Source of the DNA: an uncultured Bifidobacteriaceae bacterium
GTDB lineage: Bacteria; Actinomycetota; Acidimicrobiia; IMCC26256; PALSA-555
Assembly (NCBI GenBank): GCA_964501785.1
Contig: CAZCUD010000002.1
Span: 197,836 to 261,835 of the forward strand
Direction of reading: 5' to 3'
Length of the DNA stretch: 64,000 nucleotides
The position numbers and the translations under genes were made by a program. Each line of letters opens with the position of its first letter. Positions within the stretch are counted from its first letter, which is position 1. The notes under the pieces were generated by a model. It had not been told where the DNA came from. It saw only the letters and a list, made by a program, of their open reading frames with translations, and searched no databases. This document shows, piece by piece, positions 38,202-48,262 of the stretch.

Positions 38202-38903
38202 ATGTCGGCGGAGACCCGTTCGGGCGAGTCGTTCGAGGGCCAGACCGAGGTCACCGTCCTGGCCAACGCCGACGACGCGGACGCGGGGCTCGTGGGGGCG
38301 GCGCTCGCAGCCCGCGGGTTCCGGCTGACGACGCTGCACCGAGAGGCCGACCGCTGGCCCGACAAGGTGCGGACGGCGCTGCTCGTCGTCCTGGGCTCCG
38401 AGTGGTCCGTCTACGCCGACGCGTTCGCCGACGCCGTCGACCGGGAACGCGGCTTCGTCGCGGCCGCGGTCGAGGCCCACGTCCCCGTGCTCGGGATCTG
38501 CTTCGGCGCGCAGATGCTCGCCGCGGCACTCGGAGGCGAGGTGCGCCCGGCCGACCGCGAAGAGGTCGGCTGGCACGAGGTCCGTCCCGAACCCGGCGCC
38601 GCGGACGCGATCACCGCCGGCCCGTGGTTCCAGTTCCACCGCGACACCTTCACGCTGCCGCCCGCGGCGCGGCTGCTGGCGACCTCCGACGTCGGCCCGC
38701 AGGCGTTCTCGTACGGCTCTGCGCTGGCCGTGCAGTTCCACCCGGAGGTCACGCCCGGCATCGTCGCCCGTTGGGCTGCTGGCGACCCCGAGCCAGTCGC
38801 GCGCGCGGGCCTCAGCGCCGACGACCTCGTCGCCCGCACCGACGCCGAGCAGGACCGAGCCGCGGTCGCCGCCGCCCGCCTCGTCGACCTCGTGCTCGCG
38901 TAG
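38202..38903 (+). CDS. class I glutamine amidotransferase-like protein
   Basis: LGICFGAQ nucleophile elbow and QFHPE. Confidence 0.88.
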   Translation: MSAETRSGESFEGQTEVTVLANADDADAGLVGAALAARGFRLTTLHREADRWPDKVRTALLVVLGSEWSVYADAFADAVDRERGFVAAAVEAHVPVLGICFGAQMLAAALGGEVRPADREEVGWHEVRPEPGAADAITAGPWFQFHRDTFTLPPAARLLATSDVGPQAFSYGSALAVQFHPEVTPGIVARWAAGDPEPVARAGLSADDLVARTDAEQDRAAVAAARLVDLVLA

Positions 38904-38985
38904 GGTTGCCCTGGTTGCGTCGCTCACCGTCGTGGGGCGGGTCGAGAGACGCATCGAGTGGTTCGAGCGAGCCGGGGGGAAGGTC

Positions 38986-40119
38986 ATGGCGCTCATCGAC
39001 TGCGATCAGCACCTCTACGAGCCGCGCGCTCTGTGGCGCGAGCACGCCGACCCCGCGGAGCGCGACGACGCGCTCGTCATCGTGGACGACGAGCTCGGCT
39101 ACCCGTGGATCACCTGGCGGGGCGAGCGCCTGGGCATGGCCGACGTGCAGCAGCCCGGCGAGACCGACGAGCTCGGCGAGCGCCGCAACCGGCGGCTCGC
39201 AGGTAGAGCGCCGGACTACCGCTACGACGAGCGGCTCCCCGACGACTTCTGGGATCCGGCTGCTCGTGCCGCGCGCGTCCGCGACATGGGCTTCGACGCC
39301 GCGGTCTGCTTCCCCAACTTCGGACTCCTGTGGGAACGCAGGGTCGGCGTCGATCTGCCGTCGTTGCGCACGAACATGGGCGCGTGGAACCGCTGGTGCA
39401 CGTCGGTGGTCCATGACGGCGCGGGCGCGCTCCACCCGGTCGCGCACCTGACCCTGCGCGACCTCGACTGGCTCGACGACCAGCTCGGGCAGCTCCAGGC
39501 GGGAGGCGTCCGGCTCGCCATGATCGCCCCGTCGCTCGTCGACGGGAAGCCCCCGTCGCATCCCGATCTCGAGCGCGCCTGGCGGTCGTTCGTCGCGCAC
39601 GGCGTGACCCCGGTGTTCCACGTCGCCGACCAACCGCGCGTGTTCGACGACGCGTGGTACACCGACGACGGCGAGGAGGCGCTCGTCAACATCACCGAGT
39701 CGGTGTTCTTGTGGACGCCGGCCGCGCTCGCGATCACCGACCTGATCGTCAACGGCGTGTTCGAGCGCATCCCCGAGCTGCGGATCGGCGTCGTCGAGCT
39801 GTCCGCGATCTGGGTGCCCCAGTACCTCATGATGCTCGACGGCGGGTACGACTTCACGAGCAAGCTCAACGGCACCGTGCCCGTGCCGTTGTCGATGCGC
39901 CCGAGCGACTACTTCCGTCGCCACGTGCGCGTCGCCGCGTTCTCCTACGAGCTGCCCGCCCGGCTCGAGCGTCAGGCCGGCGACCTCTTCATGTGCTGCA
40001 GCGACTACCCGCACTCCGAGGGAACGGCGACGCCCATCGCCGACTACGAGCGCACCGGCGCCTCCCCCGCCGACCACGCCGGGCTCTTCGGCGCGAACCT
40101 CGAGTCGCTCCTCGTCTGA
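38986..40119 (+). CDS. amidohydrolase_2 family protein
   Basis: IDCDQH, FH, VVELSAIW and SDYPHSEG. Confidence 0.88.
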   Translation: MALIDCDQHLYEPRALWREHADPAERDDALVIVDDELGYPWITWRGERLGMADVQQPGETDELGERRNRRLAGRAPDYRYDERLPDDFWDPAARAARVRDMGFDAAVCFPNFGLLWERRVGVDLPSLRTNMGAWNRWCTSVVHDGAGALHPVAHLTLRDLDWLDDQLGQLQAGGVRLAMIAPSLVDGKPPSHPDLERAWRSFVAHGVTPVFHVADQPRVFDDAWYTDDGEEALVNITESVFLWTPAALAITDLIVNGVFERIPELRIGVVELSAIWVPQYLMMLDGGYDFTSKLNGTVPVPLSMRPSDYFRRHVRVAAFSYELPARLERQAGDLFMCCSDYPHSEGTATPIADYERTGASPADHAGLFGANLESLLV

Positions 40120-40128
40120 GCAGTCGTG

Positions 40129-41739
40129 TCAGGTGACCTGCTCCTTCGCCCACGCGTAGTCCGGCTTGCCGGCGGCGTTGCGGGGGATCCGGTCGACGAT
40201 CAGCAGTGCCCGCGGCACCTTGTACCCCGCGAGCATCGCTCGGCAGTGCGCGTCCAGCTCGTCGAGCGTCGGCGGCCGATCGTCCACGGCCTGCACGACG
40301 GCCACCACCCGCTCACCCCAGCGATCGTCGGGAGCGCCGACCACGACCGCGTCGAACACGCCGTCGTGCGACTTGAGCACCGCTTCGACCTCGTCGGGAT
40401 AGACCTTCTCGCCCCCGGTGTTGATGCACAGCGAACCGCGACCGTGCAGGTGGACCGTGCCATCGGCGTCGATCGACGCCATGTCGCCCGGCAGCGTGTA
40501 CCGCTCACCGTCGATCGTCACGAACGTGCGTGCCGACGCCTCGGGATCCTTGTAGTACCCGAGCGGCGAGCGGCCTCTGGTGGCGAGGCGCCCGACCGCC
40601 CCGGTCCCCGGCGGGATCGGCCGCATCGAGTCGTCGACGACGATCGTGTCGGGCTTCGACGCGAACGTGAGCGACGGCGGAGCCGTGGCGCCCTGCGGCG
40701 TCACCGACACCGCTTGGCTCGGTGACTCCGACGAGCCGATCGCCTCGAGCACGACCGCCACCGACGGCATCGCGGCGAGCAAGCCGTCCTTCACGTCGCT
40801 CGAGAGGATGCTCCCGCCCGACCCGAGGAGGCGCACCGACGACGTGTCCCAACGATCCGGCTCGGCGCGCAGCGCGTCGAGCAGCGGACGGGCGGTCGCG
40901 TCACCGACGAGCGTGAGCATCCCGACCCGCTCGCGCGCGACGAGATCGAGCAGGTGCACGACGTCGAACGACGACGCGTCGTAGAGGACCAGGGTCCCGG
41001 CCCCGAGCAACGTGCCGAGCGCGAGCCACTGACCGCTCGCATGCCCGAGCGGACCGAGCGACAGCGCCACGAACTCCCCGGGCCCAGGGTCGTCGGGCGG
41101 CAGGAACACACCGATCCGCTGGTTCCGGTTGGCCAGCGTGACGGGAACGAGCTGCTCGGGCGCGCCGAGCGGCTCGCCGCCGGGGTTCCCGCCTCCGATC
41201 GCGGTGAAGAAGATGTCTTCGTGGCGCCACACGACGCCCTTCGGACGCCCGGTCGTGCCGCCCGTATAGAGGATGTAGTGATCGTCACCGGAACGGCGGC
41301 CGAAGTCGCGCACCGGCGACTCGGCGGCCAGCGCAGCGTCGTAGTCGCCGTCATCTCCCGTGCACAGCACCCACCGGCGCGGGCTCGCGACGTCGGCCGG
41401 AGCCGCAGGTCGCGACCCGTCCATCACGATGCCGACGACGTCGGCGTCATCGACGACGTCGACCACCTCGGCCGCGACGTACCGGTCGTTCACGTTGATC
41501 GGCACCGCCCGCAGCTTGAACGCTCCGAGCATGGCCTCGAGGAACTCCGGACACGATCGCAGGTAGAGCCCGACGTGCTCACCCGCCTGCACGCCACGCG
41601 TTCGCATCGAGTGCGCGGCGCGGGTCGCGCGCTCGTCCAGCTCTGCGTAGGTGAGGCGCTCGTCACCGTGGACGACGGCGACGCGCTCGGGCACCGCGTC
41701 CGCGATCGCCTCGAACAGGTCGGCGAGGTTCCACTGCAA
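40129..41739 (-). CDS. acyl-CoA synthetase (FadD19-like)
   Basis: WNLADLFEAIAD, YTGGTTGRPKGV, GYYKDP and GGEKVYPDEVE. Confidence 0.92.
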   Translation of the reverse strand: MQWNLADLFEAIADAVPERVAVVHGDERLTYAELDERATRAAHSMRTRGVQAGEHVGLYLRSCPEFLEAMLGAFKLRAVPINVNDRYVAAEVVDVVDDADVVGIVMDGSRPAAPADVASPRRWVLCTGDDGDYDAALAAESPVRDFGRRSGDDHYILYTGGTTGRPKGVVWRHEDIFFTAIGGGNPGGEPLGAPEQLVPVTLANRNQRIGVFLPPDDPGPGEFVALSLGPLGHASGQWLALGTLLGAGTLVLYDASSFDVVHLLDLVARERVGMLTLVGDATARPLLDALRAEPDRWDTSSVRLLGSGGSILSSDVKDGLLAAMPSVAVVLEAIGSSESPSQAVSVTPQGATAPPSLTFASKPDTIVVDDSMRPIPPGTGAVGRLATRGRSPLGYYKDPEASARTFVTIDGERYTLPGDMASIDADGTVHLHGRGSLCINTGGEKVYPDEVEAVLKSHDGVFDAVVVGAPDDRWGERVVAVVQAVDDRPPTLDELDAHCRAMLAGYKVPRALLIVDRIPRNAAGKPDYAWAKEQVT

Positions 41740-41827
41740 GGTCGGCTCGCCTCCCCCTCCGGCCGCGGCGCGACGGTGCGAAACTACCGTCGTGGTCGCC
41801 GGCCCCGTCACCGCCGTGGACCGGTCG

Positions 41828-43123
41828 ATGCTCGTCGGCCCCGACGGCATCGTCCCGAAGGAGCGCTACCTCTCACGCGAGTTCCTCGTCGCGGAGCTCG
41901 AGCGGATGTGGTCGCGCGTCTGGCAAGTCGCGGGCCGCGAAGAAGAGCTGACCGATGCGGGCGACTACCTCGAGTACGGCATCGGTGACGAGTCGGTGCT
42001 CGTCACCCGCGGGCACGACGGTCGGCTCCACGCGTTCCACAACTCGTGCCTGCATCGAGGGACCCGTCTCGCCGACGGATGCGGCCGCTTCGACGCGACG
42101 GAGGATGGCGGTGACGTGCGCTGCCCGTACCACGCGTGGCGCTACGCGCTCGACGGGCGCCTCGTCGAGGTCGTCGATCCCGACGAGTTCCCCGACCTCT
42201 CCGAAGGGCTCGCGCTCGCTGCGGTGCCCGTCGACACCTGGGGTGGCTTCGTGTGGATCTGCCTCGACGCCGACGCGCCACCACTGCTCGAGTACCTCGA
42301 TCCTCTTCCCGCGCTCCTCGCCCCGTACCGCCTCGAGGAGTACCGGTTCCGGGCGTACCTGACGACGGTGCTGCCCGCGAACTGGAAGGTCGTCGTCGAG
42401 GCCTTCGCCGAGGGCTACCACGTCCAGGGCACGCATCCTCAGACGCTGCCGTGGGTTGACGACGTCGGGATCGAGTACGAGCAGTTCGACACCCACGCGC
42501 ACTACGGACGGATCGCCGGGGCTCGGCGCGTGCTGCGCGGCAGCCCGCGGCTCGGTCTCGCCGACGACGAGTTCGACGAGGGCGAGATCCTGCTCGGCAT
42601 GGTCGCCGGCCTCGGCGGCGCGTTCCTCGGCGACGAGCGCGCCGTGGTCGAGGAGCTGCGCACGTCCGGGCTCGGGCGCGGCGAGCTCCTCGGTGCGTAC
42701 CAGCACCGCCGACGCGAGCTGCTCGCGGCGCGTGGCTTCGACGTCTCGGGGCTCGAGCTGGAGCAGATGACGAGCGCCGACGACGTGCTCTTCTTCCCCA
42801 ACCTGATCGGACCCATCTACCCCGGGAGCGCGATCCTCTTCCGGATCCGCCCCCACGGCACCGATCCCGATCTCGCGGTCAAGGACACATGGGTGCTCGA
42901 GTGGCCCGATCCCGACGCAGAGTGGGAGATGCCACCGCGCAAGCGTTGGGACGACTGGACCGACCACGACTGGGGCCGCATCACAGAGCAGGACTACTCG
43001 AACATGGCTCGGGTCCAGGAGGGCATGAAGTCGCGCGGCTTCAGCGGCGCGCGACTCGCGACCCGCCAGGAGAGCAACATCGCCCACCTGCACCGGGTCA
43101 TCGACCGCTACCTGACGACCTGA
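41828..43123 (+). CDS. Rieske non-heme iron oxygenase alpha subunit
   Basis: CLH...CPYH Rieske ligands, EGYHVQGTH mononuclear Fe site and EQDY. Confidence 0.93.
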   Translation: MLVGPDGIVPKERYLSREFLVAELERMWSRVWQVAGREEELTDAGDYLEYGIGDESVLVTRGHDGRLHAFHNSCLHRGTRLADGCGRFDATEDGGDVRCPYHAWRYALDGRLVEVVDPDEFPDLSEGLALAAVPVDTWGGFVWICLDADAPPLLEYLDPLPALLAPYRLEEYRFRAYLTTVLPANWKVVVEAFAEGYHVQGTHPQTLPWVDDVGIEYEQFDTHAHYGRIAGARRVLRGSPRLGLADDEFDEGEILLGMVAGLGGAFLGDERAVVEELRTSGLGRGELLGAYQHRRRELLAARGFDVSGLELEQMTSADDVLFFPNLIGPIYPGSAILFRIRPHGTDPDLAVKDTWVLEWPDPDAEWEMPPRKRWDDWTDHDWGRITEQDYSNMARVQEGMKSRGFSGARLATRQESNIAHLHRVIDRYLTT

Positions 43124-43143
43124 GACCTGGTCGCGTGGGCTTC

Positions 43144-44163
43144 CTACGCGACCAACGAGCGGAGCACCTTGGTGACGGGGTTCTTGGCCCTCCACGCGAG
43201 GTCGGGGAACAGTCCGAGCTCGTGGAAGACGAGGGCCAAACGCACCTGGATGCAGGCCGCGCGCACTCCGCCCCATGCCTCGTACCAGTCGGCGTCGCGG
43301 ATCCCGCGACCGAGTCGTGAGCCGTAGCGCGCGATGGTGCCCTCGCGCTCGGGGAACCCCGGCAGCGGCTCCGTGAACGACAGCGCGGTCCGGTCGAGGA
43401 ACAGGTACCAGCCGAGGTCGAGCTCGGCGGGTCCGAGGACTGCCATCTCCCAGTCGAGCACGCAGATCGGCGCGAGGTCGTCGCCGTAGATCATGTTGCC
43501 GAGGCGAGCGTCACCCCACACGAGCCCCCGTTCCGCCGACTCCGGTCGATGGGCCACGCACCACGCGAACGCGTCTTCGAGCACGCCGATTCGCTCGCCG
43601 TCGGCCGCCCAGTCGAGGTACGTCCGCCACCATCCGAGCTCCTGGGCGATCGGATCGTCGCCGTGCTCCGGTCGGTCGAGGAACCCGAGGCGTGCCGCGT
43701 CGACGTCGACGCGGTTGATCAGGGCCATCATGTCGATGCTCTTGTCGTGCAACCCACGTTGGCTCTGCGCGGGAAGCTCCTTCACCCAACCCTCGAAGTG
43801 GTGGCCGGGATTGTCGGGCGGGATGCGACCGTCGACGCGCGTCATCACGTAGAACGGCCGCCCCAGCACCGCCTCGTCCGGCTCGTCCCAGAGCACCTCC
43901 GGCACCGGCACCTCCGAAGCGGAGGCGAGGCCGCGCATGATGGCGACCTGCCGGCCGAGGTCGTAGTCGGGGAAGATCGGCGTCCCGGCAGGCGCCATCC
44001 GCAGGACCAGCCCTCGCGGCCCGTCCCCCCAGTCGGCCTCGAGGAGCTGCGTCTCGTTCGACAGGCCACCGAGGGTCGGTGACTCGAACCGCCCGACCTC
44101 GACCGGCCCACCGACCTTCTCGGCGAGCCATGCCCCGAAGCGTGACCCGACGTCGTCCGTCAT
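43144..44163 (-). CDS. APH-family phosphotransferase (ACAD10/11 N-domain-like)
   Basis: GGLSNET, WGDARLGN and LDWEMA. Confidence 0.9.
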   Translation of the reverse strand: MTDDVGSRFGAWLAEKVGGPVEVGRFESPTLGGLSNETQLLEADWGDGPRGLVLRMAPAGTPIFPDYDLGRQVAIMRGLASASEVPVPEVLWDEPDEAVLGRPFYVMTRVDGRIPPDNPGHHFEGWVKELPAQSQRGLHDKSIDMMALINRVDVDAARLGFLDRPEHGDDPIAQELGWWRTYLDWAADGERIGVLEDAFAWCVAHRPESAERGLVWGDARLGNMIYGDDLAPICVLDWEMAVLGPAELDLGWYLFLDRTALSFTEPLPGFPEREGTIARYGSRLGRGIRDADWYEAWGGVRAACIQVRLALVFHELGLFPDLAWRAKNPVTKVLRSLVA

Positions 44164-44232
44164 CGCTCCGTCGCCCATCGCCGCATCGTACGGAGCGTCT
44201 CGACCGGCGGGCGACGCGCAAGACTGCCGCCC

Positions 44233-45399
44233 GTGGAAGACCCGTCGATCGGACCGCTCGTCCCCGCCGACGAGACGCTGCTGCACCAGACCGTCGACAC
44301 GTTCGCGTCGGTCGCGACCCCCGACGTCAACTGGACCGAGAAGCTCTGGCTCCAGGCGTGCGCGCTCGACGGGTCGCTCCAGGTGTGCTTCGGGCTCGGC
44401 AAGTACACCAACCGGAACGTCCTCGACGCGTTCGGAGGGGTGTCACGCGGGACGGAGCAGTGGACCGTCCGTGGCTCCCGTGCGCTGCACACCGACCGCG
44501 AGCGCACGGGCGTCGGCCCACTCGACTACGAGGTGGTCGAACCGATGCACGCGGTGCGGATCCGCCTCGACGGCAACGAGGTGCAGCCGATCTCCTTCGA
44601 CATCACCATCGAGGGCGCGGTCCCTCCGCGCATGGAAGACCGAGAGCTGCACCGCTCACCCCACGCCAACCGCGTCATCAACGACGTCGTGCGGTACCAC
44701 CAGACGGGCACCGCGAGGGGGTGGGTACGGGTCGACGGTGCGCGCGTGGAGGTCACCTCGGGCTGGGCCGGCACCCGAGACCACTCCTGGGGCGTCCGCA
44801 TGCAGGTCGGCGACCCGCTCCGCGACCTCGAGCCACCGGCACGGATCCGCGACCCGCGCTCGTTCACCAGCTGGGCACCGTGGCTGTTCGAACGTCCCGA
44901 CGGATCGCGCTACGCGTCGTTCCACTACTACATGGAGTCGAACCTCCCGGGGGCTCCCCCCAAGCGGCTCCGCGGCGGCATCGAGCACCCGGACGGCTCC
45001 GAAGACCCGTTCGTCGACGCCCGTCTCGACCTGCGCTTCGACGACACGAACCGTCGCATCCTCGGCGGCACGATCACCTTCGTGATGGAGGACGGGAGTG
45101 AGCGCCCGCTCACGATCACGCCGGCATCGAGCGGCACCGGGTTCCACCTCGGCACGGGCCTCTACTTCGGCCTCGACGGCGCACGTCACGGGCAGTGGCG
45201 TGGCGAGCTCCATGTCGATGGCGACCACTACTCGGCGTGCGACACCCTCGAGGTCGCACGCACGATCCACCAGCACCGAGACGCGGTGGTCCTCGTCGAC
45301 GACCCGGTCGGCGGCGGGAAGGGTGGCGGTTCGATGCAGACGATCGCCATCGGCGCGTTCCCCGAGATGGGCTTGCGTCTCGAGTCGACGTTCGTCTGA
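44233..45399 (+). CDS. uncharacterised protein with tocopherol-cyclase/hydratase-like motifs
   Basis: WTEKLW, YHQTG and RDHSWG; coding-like codon usage. Confidence 0.65.
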   Translation: MEDPSIGPLVPADETLLHQTVDTFASVATPDVNWTEKLWLQACALDGSLQVCFGLGKYTNRNVLDAFGGVSRGTEQWTVRGSRALHTDRERTGVGPLDYEVVEPMHAVRIRLDGNEVQPISFDITIEGAVPPRMEDRELHRSPHANRVINDVVRYHQTGTARGWVRVDGARVEVTSGWAGTRDHSWGVRMQVGDPLRDLEPPARIRDPRSFTSWAPWLFERPDGSRYASFHYYMESNLPGAPPKRLRGGIEHPDGSEDPFVDARLDLRFDDTNRRILGGTITFVMEDGSERPLTITPASSGTGFHLGTGLYFGLDGARHGQWRGELHVDGDHYSACDTLEVARTIHQHRDAVVLVDDPVGGGKGGGSMQTIAIGAFPEMGLRLESTFV

Positions 45400-45490
45400 T
45401 CGAGAGCCGTCAGGTCTCGTTCAGGTGACCGTCGCGATCGCGTAACGCCCAGCGCACGACTCGGGCGCCTTCGTCCCCTACGGTCGCCGC

Positions 45491-45868
45491 ATGGTCTCGA
45501 AGGGCGAGGGCTCGCGCTGGCGCTTCGCAGCCCGCGCCGTCACCGCGATCGCACTGCTCCTCGGCTCCTTCGCGGTCGCGGGGGCAAGCGGATCGGCAGC
45601 GCTCCCCCACTGGGACGTCCTCGCCGGCGCCGAGGTGACCGGCGCGACCACGCACTCGCACCTCCAGGACTCTGTACCGCCGACGTCTCCCGACGGCGTC
45701 ACGAAGCGCGCACCGCTGGACCTGTACGTCCTCGTGGGCGCCTTGGGTCTCGCGCTCGTCGCGGCGGTGCGTCGTCGCCAGCGCGACGTCGCACCAGCTG
45801 TTCCGCGTCGACACGCGGCTGCGTTCGTCCGGCGACGTGGTCCACCGCTCGGCCTCCGTCCCGTCTGA
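45491..45868 (+). CDS. small exported/membrane protein ending in RRRGPP
   Basis: Signal peptide, TM helix and RGPP 6 residues from the C-terminus. Confidence 0.55.
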   Translation: MVSKGEGSRWRFAARAVTAIALLLGSFAVAGASGSAALPHWDVLAGAEVTGATTHSHLQDSVPPTSPDGVTKRAPLDLYVLVGALGLALVAAVRRRQRDVAPAVPRRHAAAFVRRRGPPLGLRPV

Positions 45869-45948
45869 CGCGCGCCGGGTCGACACCGACTCGGTGCGTC
45901 CGCTCACCCGACGTGGCACGCCCACGTCGCGGACGGAGGAAACTCACG

Positions 45949-46500
45949 ATGTCTGGCATCGACGCGTCGGTGCCACGCAGCGAGGTCGCGGTCGACCGCA
46001 TCTCGGTGGAGCTCCTGCGCTGGCCCGATGAGGCCGAACGTGCGCACGAGCTCGCCGGGGCCGGTCGCCCCTGCCTGCTGCTCGTGGCCGAAGACGCCGA
46101 ACCACCGACCGAATGGGGTCGCCTGACCGACTGGATCAGGGTCCCGGCCGACGACCTCGACCTGTGGAGCCGCGTCGCGGCCCTCCAGTGGCGCACGAAG
46201 CTCGCCGCGCGCCCCACGATCGACGAGTCCGACCTCCTCTGGCGGGGCACGGAGTGGGTCGCGCTGTCGCCGATCGAGGCGGCGGTGCTGCGCGCGCTCC
46301 TCGAGTCGACCGGCACCGTGCTCAGCCGCCGGCGACTGGGCGCCGCGGGCTGGACCGACGGCCCACCGTCGCCGCGGTCCGTCGACACCTACGTGAAGCG
46401 GCTGCGGCGCCGCATCGAGGGCCTGGGCCTGCGCATCCACACCGTTCGCAGTCGCGGCTACATGCTCGAGGTCGAAGGCCTGGAGCACGCCGACGCCTGA
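45949..46500 (+). CDS. OmpR-type winged-helix regulator without canonical receiver
   Basis: GGAGGA RBS; LSPIEAAVLRAL, SVDTYVKRLRRRI and TVRSRGY. Confidence 0.8.
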   Translation: MSGIDASVPRSEVAVDRISVELLRWPDEAERAHELAGAGRPCLLLVAEDAEPPTEWGRLTDWIRVPADDLDLWSRVAALQWRTKLAARPTIDESDLLWRGTEWVALSPIEAAVLRALLESTGTVLSRRRLGAAGWTDGPPSPRSVDTYVKRLRRRIEGLGLRIHTVRSRGYMLEVEGLEHADA

Positions 46501-46571
46501 TCGGAGCGCTCAGAGGTTGGTGCGGGCATCCTCGGCGACCATCGCGTGGACCGCTTCGGCGACCGCGGGGT

Positions 46572-47060
46572 TCAGAGCGCCTTGTAGTACCGGACGAGCG
46601 GCAAGGCCGTGAAGCCGGCCGCCTCGTAGGCGGCGCGTGCAGGCGCATGCCCCGGATCGCCGCCGGTCGCGACGGCGGCGAGCGGGAGCCCCTGCTCGGC
46701 GATCCACTCGACCGCGTGGTCGGTGAGGCGCGCGGCGATCCCCCGCCGTTGATGCCCGAGGTCGACGGCGAGCATGTGGATCTCCCCCTCGTGGTCGTCA
46801 CGGTGCAGCACCACCGAGACGAATCCCACCGGAGCATCGGCCGCGTCCGTAGCGACCCACGTGGTCATCGCCGGGTCGTTGCAGGTCGCCTCGACGGCCG
46901 CGGCCTGCAGACCTTCCCAGCCGTCGGGGTGCATCCGGGCGAACATCTCGGCACCCAGCACGGTCTCGAGCGATTCGAAGACCGGCGCCCACGCCCGCAC
47001 CGCGAAGTCGACGACGATCGGTACGTCGTCGGAGGTGAGCCGTCGGATGGTCGCTGACAT
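46572..47060 (-). CDS. GNAT acetyltransferase
   Basis: LAVDLGHQRRGIA, PARAAYEAAGF. Confidence 0.9.
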   Translation of the reverse strand: MSATIRRLTSDDVPIVVDFAVRAWAPVFESLETVLGAEMFARMHPDGWEGLQAAAVEATCNDPAMTTWVATDAADAPVGFVSVVLHRDDHEGEIHMLAVDLGHQRRGIAARLTDHAVEWIAEQGLPLAAVATGGDPGHAPARAAYEAAGFTALPLVRYYKAL

Positions 47061-47083
47061 CCCGACAGCCTGACACCGTGCGA

Positions 47084-48211
47084 CTACGCCGACACAGGGA
47101 CTTTCAGGTCATAGAGCCGCGCGCAGTTGCGCCACGCGATGTCGTCGCGCACCTCATCGCTCAGGTGCGCTGTGTGCTCGGCGAGCACCTGCTGCGAGTT
47201 CGGGAACGTGGAGTCCGAGTGGGGATGGTCGTTGGCCCACATCAAGCGTTCGTGGTTCATGAGGTGCGTGGTCTGGAACGCGACCCAGTCGTCCTGGAAC
47301 GTCACGTACACGTGCTCGCGGAAGTACTCGCTGGGCTTGCGGTCGAGGTCGCCGGCACCGAGCCAGTTGCGGTGTCGCTCGACCGCATGATCAGCGCGAT
47401 ACATCCAGTGCGGCACCCACCCGGCGTCGGCCTCGACGCAGACGATCCGCAGGTCGGGCACACGGTCGAACACGCGGCCGAAGATGAGCGTCCCGATCAT
47501 GTCCTGGCAGCTGCGGATGATGCCGAAGAACCCGTTCATCTTCGGACCGCGGAACTCGGTGCTCCCGAGGTGGGCTGCACCGCCGGTGAGGATGTGGAAC
47601 GACACCGGCAGGTCGAGCTCGACCGCGGCGCGCCAGAACGGATCCCAGCGTGGATCGTCGTAGTCACCCTCGTCGACGCACGCCGGATAGCCCGGGAGCA
47701 TCACACCGCGCAGACCGAGGGCCTTCATCTGCTCGAGATCGTCGATGCCCTCGGCGACGCTGCGCAGCGCGGTCTGCCCGACACCGATGAGACGGTCGGG
47801 CGCGGCCGACGAGAACTCCGCCATCCACTGGTTGTAGGCCTGGAAGCAGGCGTGCTTGTAGTCGGCATCGGGGTGGTTGCACAGGAGCATCCCGACCGAC
47901 GGGTACAGCACCTCGACGAGCACGCCGTCGCGCTCCTGCTCGGCGAGGCGCGCCTTCGGATCCCAACCACCGGCGTGCAGCTCGTCCCATCCGACGTGGA
48001 TGAACGGGCTGATCTGGTCCCACGACCGGCCGGCCGCGGCGATCATGCCGTACGGGATCGTCGACGCCCCGTTGTCGACCGACATCGCCGCGCCCATCGT
48101 GTCGTCGGTGACCGCGACCGGCGCGCGGTCTCGAAACGCCGGGTCGATGTACGGCAGGTAGCAGTCGCCCGGCTCGGTCACGTGCGAGTCGGCGGAGATG
48201 GCGGTGATCAC
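47084..48211 (-). CDS. amidohydrolase_2 family protein
   Basis: SADSH, SFH, VEADAGW and ANDHPHSD. Confidence 0.88.
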   Translation of the reverse strand: MITAISADSHVTEPGDCYLPYIDPAFRDRAPVAVTDDTMGAAMSVDNGASTIPYGMIAAAGRSWDQISPFIHVGWDELHAGGWDPKARLAEQERDGVLVEVLYPSVGMLLCNHPDADYKHACFQAYNQWMAEFSSAAPDRLIGVGQTALRSVAEGIDDLEQMKALGLRGVMLPGYPACVDEGDYDDPRWDPFWRAAVELDLPVSFHILTGGAAHLGSTEFRGPKMNGFFGIIRSCQDMIGTLIFGRVFDRVPDLRIVCVEADAGWVPHWMYRADHAVERHRNWLGAGDLDRKPSEYFREHVYVTFQDDWVAFQTTHLMNHERLMWANDHPHSDSTFPNSQQVLAEHTAHLSDEVRDDIAWRNCARLYDLKVPVSA

Positions 48212-48262
48212 GGTCGCCGATCGTAGGCAGGACCTGCCGGCCGAGGTGGCAGGATCGCCCCG

